Notes under the pieces: generated by a model
What the model saw: only the letters and a program-made list of their open reading frames with translations
What the model was told of the DNA's origin: nothing
Database searches by the model: none
From: Eledone cirrhosa
Taxonomy: Eukaryota
DNA: 64,000 bases
Direction of reading: 5' to 3'
NCBI GenBank assembly: GCA_964016885.1
Contig: OZ024741.1
Coordinates: forward strand, 255,874,001-255,938,000
Part shown: positions 25,927 through 39,800 of the stretch, piece after piece
Layout of the letters: each line of letters starts with the position of its first letter
How positions within the stretch are numbered: the stretch's first letter is position 1
Position numbers and translations under genes: made by a program

Positions 25927-27266
25927 GTTTCGCTTTACAAGTGTTTCGACTTACGAGTGTTTCGACATACGAGTGTTTCGGCTTACGAGTGTTTTGATTT
26001 ACGAGTGTTTTGACTTACGGGTGCTTCGACTTACGCGTGTTTCGACTTACGAGTGTTTCGACTTACGAGTGTTTCGACTTACGAGTGTTTCGGCTTACGA
26101 GTGTTTTGACTTACGAATGTTTTGACTTACGATTGTTTCGGCTTACGAGTGTTTCGACTTACGAGTGTTCTGACTACGAGTGTTCTGACTTACGGGTGTT
26201 CTGACTTACGAGTGTTCCGACTTACGAGTGTTTCGGCTTATGAGTGTTTCGACTTACGAGTGCTTCGACTTACGAGTGTTTCGGCTTACGGGTGTTTCGA
26301 CTTATGAATGTTTTTGCTTACGAGTGTTTCGGCTTACGAGTGTTTCGGCTTATGAGTGTTTCGACTTACGGGTGTTTTGACATACGAGTGTTTCGATACG
26401 ATTGTTCTGACTTACGAGTGTTTCCGCTTACGAGTGTTTCGGCTTACGAGTGTTTCGACTTACTAATGTTTTTACTTACGAGTGTTTCGGTGTACGAGTG
26501 TTTCGACTTAAGGATGTTTCGACTTACGAGTGTTTCGACTTACGAGTGTTTCGACTTACGAGTGTTTTGGCTTACGAATGTTTTGACTTACGGGTGTTTC
26601 GACTTACGAGTGTTTCGGCTTATGAGTGTTTCGACTTACGGGCGTTTCGAAGTACGGGTGTTTCGACTTACGAGTGTTTTGGCTTACGAATGTTTTGACT
26701 TACGGGTGTTTCGACTTACGAGTGTTTCGACTTATGAGAGTTTCGACTTACGAGTGTTTCGGCTTATGAGTGTTTCGACTTACGAGTGCTTCGGCTTACG
26801 AGTGTTTCGACTTACGAGTATTTCGGCATACGAGTGTTTCGACGTACGAATGTTTTGGCTTACGAGTGTTTCGGCTTATGAGTGTTTCGGCTTACGAGTG
26901 TTTCGACTTACGAGTGTTTCGGCTTACGAGTGTTTCAGTGTTTCGGCTTACGTGTGTTTCGACTTACGAGTGTTTCGACTTACGACTGTTTCGGCTTACG
27001 AGTGTTTCGGCTTACGAGTGTTTCGGCTTACGAGTGTTTTGACTTACGATTGTTTGGCTTACGAGTGTTCTGACTTACGGGTGTTCTGACTTACAAGTGT
27101 TCCGACTTACGAGTGTTTCGGCTTATGAGGGTTTCGACTTACGAGTGCTTCGGCTTACGAGTGTTTCGACTTACGAGTGTTTCGGCTTACGAGTGTTTCG
27201 ACTTACGAGTGTTTTGACTTACGGTGTTTCGGCTTACGAGTGTTTCGACATACGAGTGTTTTGACG

Positions 27267-30200
27267 TACGGGTGTTTCGACTTACGGGTCTTTCGACTTA
27301 AGAGTGTTTCGACTTACGAGCGCTTCGACTTACGAGTGTTTCGGCGTATGAGTGTTTTGACTTACGAGTGTTTCGACTTACGAGTGTTTCGACTTACGAG
27401 TGTTTCGAATTACGAGTGTTTCGACTTACGAGTGTTTTGACTTACGGGTGTTTTGACATACGAGTGTTTCGACTTACGAGTCTTTCGGCTTACGAGTGTT
27501 TCGACTTACTAATGTTTTTACTTACGAGTGTTTCGGCGTACGAGTGTTTCGACTTCCGAGTGTTTCGACTTACAGGTGTTTTGACTTACGGTTGTTTCGG
27601 CTTACGAGTGTTTTGACTTACGAGTGTTTTGACTTAAGGGTGTTTCGACTTACGAGTATTTTTGGCTTACGAGTGTTTCGACTTACGAGTGTTTTGACTT
27701 ACGAGTGTTCTGATTTACGGATGTTTCGACATACGAGTGTTTCGACTTACGAGTGTTTCGACTTATGAGTGTTTCGACTTACGAGTGTTTCGACTTACGA
27801 GTGTTTCGACTTACGAGTGTTTCGACTTACGAGTGTTTCGGCTTACGAGTGTTTTGACTTACGAATGTTTTGACTTACGATTGTTTCGGTTTACGAGTGT
27901 TTCGACTTACGAGTGTTCTGACTACGAGTGTTCTGACTTACGGGTGTTCTGTCTTACGAGTGTTCCGACTTACGAGTGTTTCGGCTTATGAGTGTTTCGA
28001 CTTACGAGTGCTTCGACTTACGAGTGTTTCGGCTTAAGGGTGTTTCGACTTACGAATGTTTTTGCTTACGAGTGTTTCGGCTTACGAGTGTTTCGGCTTA
28101 TGAGTGTTTCGACTTACGAGTGTTTTGACTTACGGGTGTTTTGACATACGAGTGTTTCGATACGATTGTTCTGACTTACGAGTGTTTCCGCTTACGAGTG
28201 TTTCGGCTTACGAGTGTTTCGACTTACTAATGTTTTTACTTACGAGTGTTTCGGTGTACGAGTGTTTCGACTTAAGGATGTTTCGACTTACGAGTGTTTC
28301 GACTTACGGGTGTTTCGACTTACGGGTCTTTCGACTTAAGAGTGTTTCGACTTACGAGCGCTTCGACTTACGAGTGTTTCGGCGTATGAGTGTTTTGACT
28401 TACGAGTGTTTCGACTTACGAGTGTTTCGACTTACGAGTGTTTCGAATTACGAGTGTTTCGACTTACGAGTGTTTTGACTTACGGGTGTTTTGACATACG
28501 AGTGTTTCGACTTACGAGTCTTTCGGCTTACGAGTGTTTCGACTTACTAATGTTTTTAATTACAAGTGTTTCGGCGTACGAGTGTTTCGACTTCCGAGTG
28601 TTTCGACTTACAGGTGTTTTGACTTACGGTTGTTTCGGCTTACGAGTGTTTTGACTTACGAGTGTTTTGACTTAAGGGTGTTTCGACTTACGAGTATTTT
28701 TGGCTTACGAGTGTTTCGACTTACGAGTGTTTTGACTTACGAGTGTTCTGATTTACGGATGTTTCGACATACGAGTGTTTCGACTTACGAGTGTTTCGAC
28801 TTATGAGTGTTTCGACTTACGAGTGTTTCGACTTACGAGTGTTTCGACTTACGAGTGTTTCGACTTACGAGTGTTTCGGCTTACGAGTGTTTTGACTTAC
28901 GAATGTTTTGACTTACGATTGTTTCGGTTTACGAGTGTTTCGACATACGAGTGTTCTGATTACGAGTGTTCTGACTTACGGGTGTTCTGTCTTACGAGTG
29001 TTCCGACTTACGAGTGTTTCGGCTTATGAGTGTTTCGACTTACGAGTGCTTCGACTTACGAGTGTTTCGGCTTAAGGGTGTTTCGACTTACGAATGTTTT
29101 TGCTTACGAGTGTTTCGGCTTACGAGTGTTTCGGCTTATGAGTGTTTCGACTTACGAGTGTTTTGACTTACGGGTGTTTTGACATACGAGTGTTTCGATA
29201 CGATTGTTCTGACTTACGAGTGTTTCCGCTTACGAGTGTTTCGGCTTACGAGTGTTTCGACTTACTAATGTTTTTACTTACGAGTGTTTCGGTGTACGAG
29301 TGTTTCGACTTAAGGATGTTTCGACTTACGAGTGTTTCGACTTACGGGTGTTTCGACTTACGGGTCTTTCGACTTAAGAGTGTTTCGACTTACGAGCGCT
29401 TCGACTTACGAGTGTTTCGGCGTATGAGTGTTTTGACTTACGAGTGTTTCGACTTACGAGTGTTTCGACTTACGAGTGTTTCGAATTACGAGTGTTTCGA
29501 CTTACGAGTGTTTTGACTTACGGGTGTTTTGACATACGAGTGTTTCGACTTACGAGTCTTTCGGCTTACGAGTGTTTCGACTTACTAATGTTTTTACTTA
29601 CGAGTGTTTCGGCGTACGAGTGTTTCGACTTCCGAGTGTTTCGACTTACAGGTGTTTTGACTTACGGTTGTTTCGGCTTACGAGTGTTTTGACTTACGAG
29701 TGTTTTGACTTAAGGGTGTTTCGACTTACGAGTATTTTTGGCTTACGAGTGTTTCGACTTACGAGTGTTTTGACTTACGAGTGTTCTGATTTACGGATGT
29801 TTCGACATACGAGTGTTTCGACTTACGAGTGTTTCGACTTATGAGTGTTTCGACTTACGAGTGTTTCGACTTACGAGTGTTTCGACTTACGAGTGTTTCG
29901 ACTTACGAGTGTTTCGGCTTACGAGTGTTTTGACTTACGAATGTTTTGACTTACGATTGTTTCGGTTTACGAGTGTTTCGACTTACGAGTGTTCTGATTA
30001 CGAGTGTTCTGACTTACGGGTGTTCTGTCTTACGAGTGTTCCGACTTACGAGTGTTTCGGCTTATGAGTGTTTCGACTTACGAGTGCTTCGACTTACGAG
30101 TGTTTTGGCTTCCGAATGTTTCGGCTTAAGGGTGTTTCGACTTACGAATGTTTTTGCTTACGAGTGTTTCGGCTTACGAGTGTTTCGGCTTATGAGTGTT

Positions 30201-30380
30201 TCGACTTACGAGTGTTTTGACTTACGGGTGTTTTGACATACGAGTGTTTCGATACGATTGTTCTGACTTACGAGTGTTTCCGCTTACGAGTGTTTCGGCT
30301 TACGAGTGTTTCGACTTACTAATGTTTTTACTTACGAGTGTTTCGGTGTACGAGTGTTTCGACTTAAGGATGTTTCGACT
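27267..30380 (+). repeat. 1038-bp higher-order repeat, about 3 copies (inside the 15.68-kb duplicate)
   Basis: ORFs 27368/28406/29444 are offset by 1038. Confidence 0.92.
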
Positions 30381-33300
30381 TACGAGTGTTTCGACTTACG
30401 AGTGTTTCGACTTACGAGTGTTTCGACTTACGAGTGTTTTGGCTTCCGAATGTTTTGACTTACGGGTGTTTCGACTTACGAGTGTTTCGGCTTATGAGTG
30501 TTTCGACTTACGGGCGTTTCGACTTACGGGTGTTTCGACTTACGAGTGTTTTGGCTTACGAATGTTTTGACTTACGGGTGTTTCGACTTACGAGTGTTTC
30601 GACTTATGAGTGTTTCGACTTACGAGTGTTTCAGCTTATGAGTGTTTCGACTTACGAGTGCTTCGGCTTACGAGTGTTTCGACTTACGAGTATTTCGACT
30701 TACGAGTGTTTCGGCTTACGAGTGTTTCAGTGTTTCGGCTTACGTGTGTTTCGACTTACGAGTGTTTCGACTTACGACTGTTTCGGCTTACGAGTGTTTC
30801 GGCTTACGAGTGTTTCGGCTTACGAGTGTTTTGACTTACGATTGTTTGGCTTACGAGTGTTCTGACTTACGGGTGTTCTGACTTACGAGTGTTCCGACTT
30901 ACGAGTGTTTCGGCTTATGAGGGTTTCGACTTACGAGTGCTTCGGCTTATGAGTGTTTCGACTTACGAGTGCTTCGGCTTACGAGTGTTTCGACTTACGA
31001 GTATTTCGGCTTACGAGTGTTTCGACGTACGAATGTTTTGGCTTACGAGTGTTTCGGCTTATGAGTGTTTCGGCTTACGAGTGTTTCGGCTTACGAGTGT
31101 TTCGGCTTACGAGTGTTTCAGTGTTTCGGCTTACGTGTGTTTCGACTTACGAGTGTTTCGACTTACGACTGTTTCGGCTTACGAGTGTTTCGGCTTACGA
31201 GTGTTTCGGCTTACGAGTGTTTTGACTTACGATTGTTTGGCTTACGAGTGTTCTGACTTACGGGTGTTCTGACTTACAAGTGTTCCGACTTACGAGTGTT
31301 TCGGCTTATGAGGGTTTCGACTTACGAGTGCTTCGGCTTACGAGTGTTTCGACTTACGAGTGTTTCGGCTTACGAGTGTTTCGACTTACGAGTGTTTTGA
31401 CTTACGGTGTTTCGGCTTACGAGTGTTTCGACATACGAGTGTTTTGACGTACGGGTGTTTCGACTTACGGGTCTTTCGACTTAAGAGTGTTTCGACTTAC
31501 GAGCGCTTCGACTTACGAGTGTTTCGACTTACGAGTGTTTCGGCGTATGAGTGTTTTGACTTACGAGTGTTTCGACTTACGAGTGTTTCGACTTACGAGT
31601 GTTTCGAATTACGAGTGTTTCGACTTACGAGTGTTTTGACTTACGAGTGTTTTGACTTACGGTGTTTCTGCTTACGAGTGTTTCGACTTTCGAGTGTTAT
31701 GACTTACGGGTGTTTTGACATACGAGTGTTTCGACTTACGAGTCTTTCGGCTTACGAGTGTTTCGACTTACTAATGTTTTTACTTACGAGTGTTTCGGCG
31801 TACGAGTGTTTCGACTTCCGAGTGTTTCGACTTACAGGTGTTTTGACTTACGGGTGTTTCGGCTTACGAGTGTTTTGACTTACGAGTGTTTTGACTTAAG
31901 GGTGTTTCGACTTACGAGTATTTTTGGCTTACGAGTGTTTCGACTTACGAGTGTTTTGACTTACGAGTGTTCTGATTTACGGATGTTTCGACATACGAGT
32001 GTTTCGACTTACGAGTGTTTCGACTTATGAGTGTTTCGACTTACGAGTGTTTCGACTTACGAGTGTTTCGGCTTACGAGTGTTTCGACATACGAGTGTTT
32101 TGACTTACGGGTGTTTCGGCTTACGAGTGTTTCGACTTACGAGTGTTTTGACTTACGGGTGTTTCGACTTACGAGTATTTTTGGCTTACGAGTGTTTCGA
32201 CTTACGAGTGTTTTGACTTACGAGTGTTCTGATTTACGGATGTTTCGACATACGAGTGTTTCGACTTACGACTGTTTCGACTTACGAGTGTTTTGACTTA
32301 CGGTGTTTCGGCTTACGAGTGTTTCGACTTACGAGTGTTTTGACTTACGGGTGATTTGACATACGAGTGTTTCGATACGAGTGTTCTGACTTACGAGTGT
32401 TCTGACTTACGAGTGTTTTGACTTACGAGTGTTCTGACTTACGAGTGTTCCGACTTACGAGTGTTCCGACTTACGAGTGTTTCGGCTTACGAGTGTTTCC
32501 GGCTTACGAGTGTTTCGACTTACGAGTGTTTCGGCTTACGACTGTTTCGACTTACGAGTGTTTTGACTTACGGTGTTTCGGCTTACGAGTGTTTCGACTT
32601 ACGAGTGTTTTGACTTACGGGTGATTTGACATACGAGTGTTTCGATACGAGTGTTCTGACTTACGAGTGTTCTGACTTACGAGTGTTTTGACTTACGAGT
32701 GTTCTGACTTACGAGTGTTCCGACTTACGAGTGTTCCGACTTACGAGTGTTTCGGCTTACGAGTGTTTCCGGCTTACGAGTGTTTCGACTTCCGAGTGTT
32801 TTGACTTACGGTGTTTCGGCTTACGAGTGATTCGACTTACGAGTGTTTTGACTTACGGGTGATTTGACTTACGGGTGTTGTGAATTACGAGTGTTCCGAT
32901 TTACGAGTGTTTTGACTTACGGTGTTTCGGCTTACGAGTGATTCGACTTACGAATGTTTTGACTTACGGGTGTTTCGGCTTGCGAGTGTTTCGACTTACG
33001 AGAGTTTCGGCTTATGGGTGTTTCGACTTACTAATGTTTTTACTTACGAGTGTTTCGGCGTACGAGTGTTTTGACTTACGAGTGTTTCGACTTACGAGTG
33101 TTTCGACTTACGAGTGTTTCGGCTTACGTGAGTTTCGACTTAAGAGTGTTCTGATTTACGAGTGTTCTGACTTGCGGGTGTTCTGATTTACGAGTGTTCC
33201 GACTTACGAGTGTTTCGGCTTATTAGTGTTTCGACTTACGAGTGTTTCGGCTTACGAGTGTTTCGACTTATGGGTGTTTCGACTTACGAGTGTTTTTACT

Positions 33301-34528
33301 TACGGTGTTTCGGCTTACGAGTGTTTCGACATACGAGTGTTTTGACTTACGGGTGTTTCGACTTACGAGTGTTTTGACTTACGAATGTTTTGACTTACGG
33401 GTGTTTCGGCTTACGAGTGTTTCGACTTACGAGTGTTTCGGCTTACGAGTGTTTCGACTTATGGGTGTTTCGACTTACGAGTGTTTTTACTTACGGTGTT
33501 TCGGCTTTCGAGTGTTTCGACGTAAGAATGTTTTGGCTTACGAGTGTTTCGGCTTATGAGTGTTTCGGCTTACGAGTGTTTCGACTTACGAGTGTTTCGG
33601 CTTACGAGTGTTTCAGTGTTTCGGCTTACGTGTGTTTCGACTTACGAGTGTTTCGACTTACGACTGTTTCGGCTTACGAGTGTTTCGGCTTACGACTGTT
33701 TCGACTTACGAGTGTTTTGACTTACGAATGTTTTGACTTACTAATGTTTTTACTTACGAGTGTTTCGGCGTACGAGTGTTTCGACTTACGAGTGTTTCGA
33801 CTTACGGGTGTTTTGACTTACGGGTGTTTCGGCTTACGAGTGTTTTGACTTACGAGTGTTTTGACTTAAGGTTGTTTCGACTTACGAGTATTTTTGGCTT
33901 ACGAGTGTTTCGACTTACGAGTGTTTTGACTTACGAGTGTTCTGATTTACGGATGTTTCGACATACGAGTGTTTCGACTTACGAGTGTTTCGACTTACGA
34001 GTGTTTCGGCTTATGAGTGTTTCGACTTACGAGTGCTTCGGCTTACGAGTGTTTCGACTTACGAGTATTTCGGCTTACGAGTGTTTCGACGTACGAATGT
34101 TTTGGCTTACGATTGTTTCGGCTTATGAGTGTTTCGGCTTACGAGTGTTTCGACTTACGAGTGTTTCAGTGTTTCGGCTTACGTGTGTTTCGACTTACGA
34201 TTGTTTCGACTTACGACTGTTTCGGCTTACGAGTGTTTCGGCTTGCGAGTGTTTCGGCTTACGAGTGTTTTGACTTACGAGTGTTTTGACTTACGATTGT
34301 TTGGCTTACGAGTGTTCGGACTTACGGGTGTTCTGACTTTCGAATGTTCCGACTTACGAGTGTTTCGGCTTGTGAGGGTTTCGACTTACGAGTGCTTCGG
34401 TTTACGAGTGTTTCGATTTATGAGTGTTTCGGCTTACGAGTGTTTCGACTTACGAGTGTTTCGACTTACGAGTGTTTTGACTTACGGTGTTTCGGCTTAC
34501 GAGTGTTTCGACATACGAGTGTTTCGAA

Positions 34529-36253
34529 TTACGAGTGTTTCGACTTACGAGTGTTTTGACTTACGAGTGTTTTGACTTCGGTGTTTCTGCTTACGAGTGT
34601 TTCGACTTACGAGTGTTATGACTTACGGGTGTTTTCACATACGAGTGTTTCGATACGAGTGTTCTGACTTACGAGTGTTCTGACATACGAGTGTTCTGAC
34701 TTACGAGTGTTTCGACATACGAGTGTTTTGACTTACGGGTGTTTCGACTTACGAGTGTTTTCACTTACGAATGTTTTGACTTACGGGTGTTTCGGCTTAC
34801 GAGTGTTTCGACTTACGAGTGTTTCGGCTTACGAGTGTTTCGACTTACTAATATTTTTACTTACGAGTGTTTCGGCGTACGAGAGTTTTGACTTACGCGT
34901 GTTTCGACTTGCGAGTGTTTCGACTTACGAGTATTTTGACTTACGAATGTTTTGACTTACGGGTGTTTCGGCTTACGAGTGTTTCGACTTACGAGTCTTT
35001 CGGCTTACGAGTGTTTCGACTTACTAATGTTTTTACTTACGAGTGTTTCGGCGTACGAGTGTTTCGACTTCTGAGTGTTTCGACTTACGGGTGTTTTGAC
35101 TGACGGGTGTATCGGCTTACGAGTGTTTTGACTTACGAGTGTTTTGACTTAAGGGTGTTTCGACTTACGAGTATTTTTGGCTTACGAGTGTTTCGACTTA
35201 CGAGTGTTTTGACTTACGAGTGTTCTGATTTACGGATGTTTCGACATACGAGTGTTTCGACTTACGAGTGTTTCGACTTATGAGTGTTTCGACTTACGAG
35301 TGTTTCGACTTACGAGTGTTTCGGCTTGTGATTGTTTCGACTTACGAGTGTTTTGACTTACGGTGTTTCAGCTTACGAGTGTTTCGACTTACGAGTGTTT
35401 TGACTTACGAGTGTTTTGACTTCGGTGTTTCTGCTTACGAGTGTTTCGACTTACGAGTGTTATGACTTACGGGTGTTTTCACATACGAGTGTTTCGATAC
35501 GAGTGTTCTGACTTACGAGTGTTCTGACTTACGAGTGTTCTGACTTACGAGTGTTTCGACATACGAGTGTTTTGACTTACGGGTGTTTCGACTTACGAGT
35601 GTTTTCACTTACGAAAGTTTTGACTTACGGGTGTTTCGGCTTACGAGTGTTTCGACTTACGAGTGTTTCGGCTTACGAGTGTTTCGACTTACTAATATTT
35701 TTACTTACGAGTGTTTCGGCGTACGAGAGTTTTGACTTACGCGTGTTTCGACTTGCGAGTGTTTCGACTTACGAGTATTTTGACTTACGAATGTTTTGAC
35801 TTACGGGTGTTTCGGCTTACGAGTGTTTCGACTTACGAGTCTTTCGGCTTACGAGTGTTTCGACTTACTAATGTTTTTACTTACGAGTGTTTCGGCGTAC
35901 GAGTGTTTCGACTTCCGAGTGTTTCGACTTACGGGTGTTTTGACTGACGGGTGTATCGGCTTACGAGTGTTTTGACTTACGAGTGTTTTGACTTAAGGGT
36001 GTTTCGACTTACGAGTATTTTTGGCTTACGAGTGTTTCGACTTACGAGTGTTTTGACTTACGAGTGTTCTGATTTACGGATGTTTCGACATACGAGTGTT
36101 TCGACTTACGAGTGTTTCGACTTATGAGTGTTTCGACTTACGAGTGTTTCGACTTACGAGTGTTTCGGCTTGTGATTGTTTCGACTTACGAGTGTTTTGA
36201 CTTACGGTGTTTCAGCTTACGAGTGTTTCGACTTACGAGTGTTTTGACTTACG
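34529..36253 (+). repeat. 844-bp higher-order repeat, 2 copies (inside the 15.68-kb duplicate)
   Basis: ORFs 34707/35551, 34867/35711 and 35268/36112. Confidence 0.9.
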
Positions 36254-36746
36254 GGTGTTTTGACATACGAGTGTTTCGATACGAGTGTTCTGACTTACGA
36301 GTGTTCTGACTTACGAGTGTTTTGACTTACGAGTGTTCTGACTTACGAGTGTTCCGACTTACGAGTGTTCCGACTTACGAGTGTTTCGGCTTACGAGTGT
36401 TTTGACTTAAGGGTGTTTCGACTTACGAGTGTTTCGATACGAGTGTTTCGACTTACGAGTGTTTCGGCTTACGAGTGTTTCGACTTACGAGTGTTTCGAC
36501 TTACGAGTGTTCCGACTTACGGGTGTTTCGACTTACGAGTGTTTTGGCTTACGGTGTTTCGACTTACGAGTGTTTCGAGTTAAGAGTGTTTTGACTTACG
36601 AGTGTTCTGATTTACGAGTGTTCTGACTTACGAGTGTTCTGACTTACGAGTGTTCTGACTTACGAGTGTTCTGACTTACGAGTGTTCCGACTTTACGAGT
36701 GTTTCGGCTCACGAATGTTTCGGCTTACGAGTGTTTCGACTTACGA

Positions 36747-36815
36747 AAATAACAAATAGACGCGGTTTCAAATCTCTATGCTTTTCAAATTCATTACATT
36801 AATCTTTATTTATAC
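36747..36815. repeat. 69-bp AT-rich segment, copy 5
   Basis: Same sequence, ATG at 36778. Confidence 0.97.
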
Positions 36816-39800
36816 GTTTCGCTTTACGAGTGTTTCGACTTACGAGTGTTTCGACATACGAGTGTTTCGACTTACGAATGTTTTTGCTTACGGGTGTTTC
36901 TACTTACGAATGTTTTTGCTTACGAGTGTTTCGGTTTACGAGTGTTCCGACTTACGAGTGTTCCGACTTACGAGTGTTTCGGCTTACGAGTGTTTCCGGC
37001 TTACGAGTGTTTCAACTTACGAGTGTTCTGACTTACGAGTGTTCTGACTTACGGATGTTTCGACACACGAGTGTTTCGAATTACGAGTGTTTCGACTTAC
37101 GAGTGTTTTGACTTACGGGTGTTTTGACATACGAGTGTTTCGATACGAGTGTTTCGACTTACGAGTGTTCTGACTTACCAGTGTTCTGATTTACGGATGT
37201 TTCGACATACGAGTGTTTCGACTTACGAGTGTTTCGACTTATGAGTGTTTCGACTTACGAGTGTTTCGGCTTACGAGTGTTTCGACTTACGAGTGTTTTG
37301 ACTTACGGTGTTTCGGCTTACGAGTGTTTCGACTTACGAGTGTTTTGACTTACGGGTGTTTTGACATACGAGTGTTTCGATACGAGTGTTCTGACTTACG
37401 AGTGTTCTGACTTACGAGTGTTCTGACTTACGAGTGTTCTGATTTACGGATGTTTCGACATACGAGTGTTTCGACTTACGAGTGTTTCGACTTATGAGTG
37501 TTTCGACTTACGAGTGTTTCGGCTTACGAGTGTTTCGACTTACGAGTGTTTTGACTTACGGTGTTTCGGCTTACGAGTGTTTCGACTTACGAGTGTTTTG
37601 ACTTACGGGTGTTTTGACATACGAGTGTTTCGATACGAGTGTTCTGACTTACGAGTGTTCTGACTTACGAGTATTTTGACTTACGAGTGTTCTGACTTAC
37701 GGGTGTTTCGACTTACGAGTATTTTTGGCTTACGAGTGTTTCGCTTTAGAGTGTTTTGACTTACGAGTGTTCTGATTTACGGATGTTTCGACATACGAGT
37801 GTTTCGACTTACGAATGTTTCGACTTATGAGTGTTTCGACTTACGAGTGTTTCGGCTTACGAGTGTTTCGACTTACGAGTGTTTTGACTTACGGTGTTTC
37901 GGCTTACGAGTGTTTCGACTTACGAGTGTTTTGACTTACGGGTGTTTTGACATACGAGTGTTTCGATACGAGTGTTCTGACTTACGAGTGTTCTGACTTA
38001 CGAGTGTTTTGACTTACGAGTGTTCTGACTTACGAGTGTTCCGACTTACGAGTGTTCCGACTTACGAGTGTTTCGGCTTACGAGTGTTTCCGGCTTACGA
38101 GTGTTTCGACTTCCGAGTGTTTTGACTTACGGTGTTTCGGCTTACGAGTGATTCGACTTACGAGTGTTTTGACTTACGGGTGATTTGACTTACTGGTGTT
38201 GTGAATTTCGAGTGTTCCGATTTACGAGTGTTTTGACTTACGGTGTTTCGGCTTACGAGTGATTCGACTTACGAATGTTTTGACTTACGGGTGTTTCGGC
38301 TTGCGAGTGTTTCGACTTACGAGTGTTTCGGCTTATGGGTGTTTCGACTTACTAATGTTTTTACTTACGAGTGTTTCGGCGTACGAGTGTTTTGACTTAC
38401 GAGTGTTTCGACTTACGAGTGTTTCGACTTACGAGTGTTTCGACTTACGAGTGTTTCGGCTTACGTGAGTTTCGACTTAAGAGTGTTCTGATTTACGAGT
38501 GTTCTGACTTGCGGGTGTTCTGATTTACGAGTGTTCCGACTTACGAGTGTTTCGGCTTATTAGTGTTTCGACTTACGAGTGTTTCGGCTTACGAGTGTTT
38601 CGACTTATGGGTGTTTCGACTTACGAGTGTTTTTACTTACGGTGTTTCGGCTTACGAGTGTTTCGACATACGAGTGTTTTGACTTACGGGTGTTTCGACT
38701 TACGAGTGTTTTGACTTACGAATGTTTTGACTTACGGGTGTTTCGGCTTACGAGTGTTTCGACTTACGAGTGTTTAGGCTTACGAGTGTTTCGACTTACT
38801 AATGTTCTTACGAGTGTTTCGGCGTACGAGAGTTTTGACTTACGAGTGTTTCGACTGACGAGTGTTTCGACTTACGAGTGTTTAGACTTACGAATGTTTT
38901 GACTTACGGGTGTTTCGGCTGACGATTGTTTCGACTTACGAGTCTTTCGGCTTACGAGTGTTTCGACTTACTAATGTTTTTACTTACGAGTGTTTCGGCG
39001 TACGAGTGTTTCGACTTACGAGTGTTTCGACTTACGGGTGTTTTGACTTACGGGTGTTTCGGCTTACGAGTGTTTTGACTTACTAATGTTTTTACTTACG
39101 AGTGTTTCGGCGTACGAGTGTTTCGACTTCTGAGTGTTTCGACTTACGGGTGTTTTGACTGACGGGTGTATCGGCTTACGAGTGTTTTGACTTACGAGTG
39201 TTTTGACTTAAGGGTGTTTCGACTTACGAGTATTTTTGGCTTACGAGTGTTTCGACTTACGAGTGTTTTGACTTACGAGTGTTCTGATTTACGGATGTTT
39301 CGACATACGAGTGTTTCGACTTACGAGTGTTTCGACTTATGAGTGTTTCGACTTACGAGTGTTTCGACTTACGAGTGTTTCGGCTTGTGATTGTTTCGAC
39401 TTACGAGTGTTTTGACTTACGGTGTTTCAGCTTACGAGTGTTTCGACTTACGAGTGTTTTGACTTACGGGTGTCTTGACATACGAGTGTTTCGATACGAG
39501 TGTTCTGACTTACGAGTGTTCTGACTTACGAGTGTTTTGACTTACGAGTGTTCTGACTTACGAGTGTTCCGACTTACGAGTGTTCCGACTTACGAGTGTT
39601 TCGGCTTACGAGTGTTTTGACTTAAGGGTGTTTCGACTTACGAGTGTTTCGATACGAGTGTTTCGACTTACGAGTGTTTCGGCTTACGAGTGTTTCGACT
39701 TACGAGTGTTTCGACTTACGAGTGTTCCGACTTACGGGTGTTTCGACTTACGAGTGTTTTGGCTTACGGTGTTTCGACTTACGAGTGTTTCGAGTTAAGA

